Source: a virus (taxonomy: Duplodnaviria; Caudoviricetes). Taken from it: DNA of 38,903 nt. Position 1 is the stretch's first letter, and each line of letters opens with the position of its first letter. Shown here piece by piece: positions 35,313 through 38,903 of this stretch. The notes beneath the pieces are model-generated. The model ran no database searches, was not told the DNA's origin, and worked only from the letters and a program-made list of their open reading frames with translations. A program made the position numbers and the translations under genes. The stretch lies in IMG/VR virus record IMGVR_UViG_3300017705_000841, positions 1 to 38,903 of that record; one strand, given 5' to 3'.

Positions 35313-35393
35313 TGACATCGAATAACGCATATGGTATTATTGTTAAGAAATGTACAAAAAAGGAAATAAAAACATTTTATTTTTACTACTTAT
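35312..35393 (+). promoter_or_regulatory. sigma70 promoter plus ACTACTTAT motif
   Basis: TTGACA-17 bp-TATTAT (35312-35340) with TGn extension; ACTACTTAT at 35385-35393; AAGGAG RBS. Confidence 0.65.
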
Positions 35394-35415
35394 GGTGCTT
35401 TAAAGGAGAATAAAG

Positions 35416-35649
35416 GTGATGTTAAGAATCGTTATGTGTTTTGCGTGTCTAGGTTATTTTAGCTCTTGCAGGTTGATTCCGTTGGAGTTTAGTGAGGGCA
35501 ACTTGACAGAGAAGCAGGTCGCCGTAAAGAAAATCTTGAAAAGAGCAGAACAAGATCAGACAGTAACAAATGATCTGTATCAAAATGGGTTATTTGCTCC
35601 CCAACTCTACTCGCAGGAGTATCTTATTAGAGCACCCCACATTGAATAA
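35416..35649 (+). CDS. Putative small lipoprotein
   Basis: Hydrophobic N-terminus ending FSSC. Confidence 0.5.
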   Translation: MMLRIVMCFACLGYFSSCRLIPLEFSEGNLTEKQVAVKKILKRAEQDQTVTNDLYQNGLFAPQLYSQEYLIRAPHIE

Positions 35650-35701
35650 GACAAATTTATTAGTTTATCCACTTCGACAACCAGTTACGTAAGAGGTAGA
35701 G

Positions 35702-36700
35702 ATGGTTAATATTCGCGCTGATGTTATCGTAGATTGCCAGTATGGTGATTGTGGTAAGGGAAAGGTGGCTCATCACCTATGCAAGGATCAATCTTACAAT
35801 CGAGTTCTAAGATATAATGGTGGCTGCAACGCAGGTCACACCATTTATCACAACGGGCAGAAGTTTATTACCCACCATATTCCTGCCGGCGTCTTCTTTG
35901 GAATCAAATCTATTATTGGTTCCGGCTGCGTAGTCAATCCGGAACAATTCTTTAGGGAGTTGGCCGAGCTTCGAAACGCAGGATTACCAGTCGATGACAA
36001 GCTGTTTATTGCAGGCAACTGCCACGTCATCACCCCAGAACATTTAGTTGAGGACGGCAGAGATACCGCCATTGGAACAACTAAGCGAGGAAATGGCCCG
36101 GCATATAGAGACAAGTATGCCCGCAGCGGTATCCAAGCCGGTTCTCTTGCCATTTTTAAGTCATTTATTGTAGACCTCTACGATGATTTCTTTAACTCGG
36201 AGGAGGAAATAAATATTCTTTGCGAAGGTGCTCAAGGTTTTGGCCTGGATATTGACTGGGGAGATTATCCCTATGTTACCTCTAGCCATTGCACTGTCGG
36301 AGGCGCAATTCTCAATGGAATTCCGCCACGTAGCATTAGAAAAGTGTGGGGCGTTGCCAAAGTATACGAGACATATGTGGGAGCCAAGCAGTACCAGCCC
36401 GAGGATGATGAGGTTTTTGACCGTATTGGTGACGAAGGCGGTGAGTTTGGGGCTACTACTGGTAGAAGACGTCAGGTGAATTGGATGGATGTCAATCTTC
36501 TGTTAAAGGCAGTCAACCTAAACGGGGTAACAGACCTTGTAATCAACAAAGTAGACATCTTGCGAAACGTCGGTCGCTGGGCTCTCATTAACGGAGAAAA
36601 AATAGAATTTAACTCCGAGTCGGAATTTAAAACATACGTCGAAAAGGTGTTGCCGTCAGGCATAAAAGTTTATTGGTCAGACAATCCGGAGAAGATTTAA
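35702..36700 (+). CDS. purA: Adenylosuccinate synthetase, short form
   Basis: QYGDCGKGK, GGCNAGHT, IGTTKRGNGPAY, EGAQG, YPYVTSS, GATTGRRR, NKVD. Confidence 0.88.
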   Translation: MVNIRADVIVDCQYGDCGKGKVAHHLCKDQSYNRVLRYNGGCNAGHTIYHNGQKFITHHIPAGVFFGIKSIIGSGCVVNPEQFFRELAELRNAGLPVDDKLFIAGNCHVITPEHLVEDGRDTAIGTTKRGNGPAYRDKYARSGIQAGSLAIFKSFIVDLYDDFFNSEEEINILCEGAQGFGLDIDWGDYPYVTSSHCTVGGAILNGIPPRSIRKVWGVAKVYETYVGAKQYQPEDDEVFDRIGDEGGEFGATTGRRRQVNWMDVNLLLKAVNLNGVTDLVINKVDILRNVGRWALINGEKIEFNSESEFKTYVEKVLPSGIKVYWSDNPEKI

Positions 36701-37075
36701 ATGAGAAGTCGAAATGAATATGAAGAGAAGTTCATCCACTTTTGTGAAGCTAACAACTTGCGACTTAAAAAGAGTGGAGATGGGTATCCAATTGCAATTA
36801 GCACAGGAAAGAGAAAGGCAGATCACTTCTATGAGGGATTTGATAATGTTCTTGGCATCTGGGTTGAAAGAGATTCAAAAAGGAAATTTACTCATTTGCA
36901 TAAAAAGTTGATTAATTTGGGATGCCAACCACTAATTACGTGTGATACTGAAGGCACTTACTCTGTGCCCTACGAAGAGGCAATGCCCGTGGCAAAGTTT
37001 TTACGACTTGTGAAGGGCCGACGACGAGGAAAATACGGGGAGGAGAAGCAAAGTGAATTCACAAAACAAGTCTAG
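36701..37075 (+). CDS. Hypothetical protein
   Basis: 124-aa ORF abutting purA. Confidence 0.6.
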   Translation: MRSRNEYEEKFIHFCEANNLRLKKSGDGYPIAISTGKRKADHFYEGFDNVLGIWVERDSKRKFTHLHKKLINLGCQPLITCDTEGTYSVPYEEAMPVAKFLRLVKGRRRGKYGEEKQSEFTKQV

Positions 37076-37313
37076 ATTATTCTTAACAGACAGTGAATTG
37101 AAAAATATTCTTGTTGATTATTTTGAAAATTGCGGAGAGGATAGAAATGCCAACCTATTAAAAAACAATTGGCAAGATTATTCTCTATCCTTTAATAGCT
37201 CCAATGGTCTGTGGTTCATCCACAATAGGAAGAATCTTATCTACCACCCATCAGCGGAGGGGGATGACAATGAGTTTGAAGACGCAATCCCAGCAGATTA
37301 TCCGGTTGATTAA
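37053..37313 (+). CDS. Hypothetical protein
   Basis: 86-aa ORF, GGAGG RBS and GTG start. Confidence 0.55.
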   Translation: MNSQNKSRLFLTDSELKNILVDYFENCGEDRNANLLKNNWQDYSLSFNSSNGLWFIHNRKNLIYHPSAEGDDNEFEDAIPADYPVD

Positions 37314-37336
37314 AAAGACCCTTGCCGAAGGTTATA

Positions 37337-37370
37337 GTTCGCACTACTTTTTGCGAACATCTTCTTTTTC
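37337..37370 (+). terminator. Possible terminator hairpin
   Basis: GTTCGCA-8 nt-TGCGAAC followed by a T-rich tract. Confidence 0.4.
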
Positions 37371-37372
37371 TC

Positions 37373-37401
37373 TTGACATTCCCGAGAGAGTTTGCTATTA
37401 T
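37373..37401 (+). promoter_or_regulatory. sigma70 promoter
   Basis: TTGACA-17 bp-TATTAT with TGn extension; AAGGAGG RBS. Confidence 0.75.
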
Positions 37402-37433
37402 CATATTAGAAACTGGGAACGAAAGGAGGAATA

Positions 37434-37661
37434 GTGATGCCCAAGAGAGCAATTATCATTTTTTTTATTATCACCTTATCTGGTTGTGTTGTGGTGCCTG
37501 ACGCACCGCATCCACCGCCCGTCAAGGTAGAGCAAAGATTTGCCTGCTATTATGATTGTGGCTGGGAAGAGGTATGTTGTTATCCGGAGTATTATCGAGA
37601 TGACGTCGAAGGAGTTTGTTACCCAATGCTTTCGAGAGAAGTGGATGCCTACTGTTATTAA
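37434..37661 (+). CDS. Cys-rich putative lipoprotein
   Basis: Lipobox LSGC, Pro-rich linker, six further Cys. Confidence 0.65.
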   Translation: MMPKRAIIIFFIITLSGCVVVPDAPHPPPVKVEQRFACYYDCGWEEVCCYPEYYRDDVEGVCYPMLSREVDAYCY

Positions 37662-37670
37662 GGAGAGATA

Positions 37671-37940
37671 ATGTCAGAGGAGAGAAGGTTAAGAAAAACA
37701 GCGTGTAGTAAGTTTTCACTAGACCAGGAAGAAGTTAATCACGCTCTTATTCGCTTCATTTGGGCACACCGCCAGGATGTGTTTCCGCAAGTTGGCGACG
37801 TTGATGTCCTGGACGCGCTGCGAAACTACAAAGTTGTGGCAAAGAGGGTACAACGTGACAAGACTGTTTCCATTCACCTTTACAAATATATAGACAAAAA
37901 GCCAATTGAGAAAGTCAAAAGAAAGAGGAGAAAGAAATGA
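37671..37940 (+). CDS. Hypothetical protein
   Basis: AAGGAG RBS; basic C-terminus. Confidence 0.6.
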   Translation: MSEERRLRKTACSKFSLDQEEVNHALIRFIWAHRQDVFPQVGDVDVLDALRNYKVVAKRVQRDKTVSIHLYKYIDKKPIEKVKRKRRKK

Positions 37941-38218
37941 GATTTTCAGCGTACTACTCGCTCGACACAATTGAAGATGTTGTTTATAGTTGTCTCGATA
38001 AGATGGAGAAGGATGGGGTTCTTGATTCCAAAACCAATGTGGATCTTTGGCAGTGGGATTTCCAAACATATCAAGTATTTCTTGAGGCCGATCTATCCTT
38101 TACTCTCGCAGATGCAATGATAGTGGAGGAATATATTCATAAGAACCTTCACAAGAGAATCCTTGTGAGTCTTGTGAGAACCGGCGACAGACAAGAAGCA
38201 GAGAAAAACACTAATTGA
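37937..38218 (+). CDS. Hypothetical protein
   Basis: ATGA coupling and AGGAG RBS. Confidence 0.6.
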   Translation: MRFSAYYSLDTIEDVVYSCLDKMEKDGVLDSKTNVDLWQWDFQTYQVFLEADLSFTLADAMIVEEYIHKNLHKRILVSLVRTGDRQEAEKNTN

Positions 38219-38233
38219 TTTAAGGAGAGTATC

Positions 38234-38422
38234 TTGGAAGTGTTCATTTACATATCTATAGTTTTGTTTGTGTCTGGCTTAGTGGCAGCACTCTTTATAC
38301 ATCTTTCGGAGCCACCTTACCCAGGCAAGTTCGTTGACCACGTTATTGATCACAGGGTAGAGCAAATGGACCAGAGGCTCAATCATCTTGAAAAACGCAT
38401 TGACTTCCTTTCCTCTTTGTGA
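38234..38422 (+). CDS. Small membrane protein
   Basis: N-terminal TM helix and short coiled coil; AAGGAG RBS. Confidence 0.55.
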   Translation: MEVFIYISIVLFVSGLVAALFIHLSEPPYPGKFVDHVIDHRVEQMDQRLNHLEKRIDFLSSL

Positions 38423-38428
38423 TATTAT
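38400..38428 (+). promoter_or_regulatory. sigma70 promoter
   Basis: TTGACT-17 bp-TATTAT with TGn extension. Confidence 0.65.
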
Positions 38429-38457
38429 CATTATCTAATCTAGGAAAGGAGTGAAAA

Positions 38458-38903
38458 GTGCCCAACAACAAAGACCTGAAACAGAGGATCGAATCCCTAC
38501 TCAAACGACTCGAAGAGCAAAGGGAGATTGTAAAACTCCAGTGGATGAAAAATGTTATAACAAAGGATATAGATTTTGTTATCAGCCTACACCAGAGCCT
38601 CAAGAGATATTCTAGGTGGACTTCGAGACAGGAAGAGTGTTTCGGCAGCATTGAGGTTAAATATCGAGAAGAGAGGTTTAGGGAAGAGTGCAGGTGGTAT
38701 GAAAATTTCTCTACAGAATTTAAAGAAAAAATGTTAATTGCTGCCCAATATTATTTAAGGAAGGGAGAATATTTTTATTCCCTCTCCAGCAAGATTATTG
38801 CCGACAGATCTTTCATTCCCTCAGAGAAGCAATATAGGGCTCTTGTGGAAAACAAATATGCTGTTAAGGTTCTAGAAGAGCACTACAAAGAGCCAACATA
38901 CAA
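38458..38903 (+). CDS. Hypothetical protein, 3'-truncated (absent from ORF track)
   Basis: AAGGAG RBS, GTG start, frame open to the window end (MPNNKDLKQRIESLLKRL...). Confidence 0.7.
   Translation, partial: MPNNKDLKQRIESLLKRLEEQREIVKLQWMKNVITKDIDFVISLHQSLKRYSRWTSRQEECFGSIEVKYREERFREECRWYENFSTEFKEKMLIAAQYYLRKGEYFYSLSSKIIADRSFIPSEKQYRALVENKYAVKVLEEHYKEPTY

Noticed and set aside
35702-36700. PurZ / 2-aminoadenine genome system
   Set aside because: Catalytic Asp (GD) and GTP-type NKxD are PurA-like, and no DatZ or MazZ gene is recognisable nearby.
1-38903. Stop-codon reassignment
   Set aside because: Standard-code ORFs tile the window, conserved genes are full length, and TAA, TGA and TAG all end genes.
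1-38903. tRNA, rRNA or CRISPR array
   Set aside because: Intergenic gaps are short; I saw no T-loop/cloverleaf pattern or regularly spaced repeats. A covariance-model search was not run.

Overview
This window is a gene-dense, almost entirely + strand segment of a large (jumbo/huge) tailed phage genome using the standard genetic code. It begins at the end of a probable baseplate/structural block (1-2964). A replication and nucleotide-metabolism block follows (2968-23058): a minimal family-A polymerase, a divergent tubulin/FtsZ-like protein, gp32-like SSB, RecA/UvsX, 5'-3' exonuclease, DnaB-like helicase, class II RNR, ThyX, DnaE, two deaminases, dUTPase, DUF3310 and an IMPDH/GMP-reductase-family enzyme. 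The rest carries virion-associated, proteostasis and lysis genes (ClpP, amidase, GroEL, a distant GroES-like gene, a J-domain protein) and accessory genes (paralogous lipoproteins, a Pol-beta nucleotidyltransferase plus Nudix, a short PurA). Two promoter classes are visible: near-consensus sigma70 promoters and a recurring ACTAYTTAW motif. The most unusual directly visible structure is a 154-bp, ~90% identical direct repeat of a gene 3' end flanking a single ORF (15688-16290). I saw no tRNA, rRNA, CRISPR array, intron or intein. All functional calls come from recognising motifs by eye; no database searches were run.
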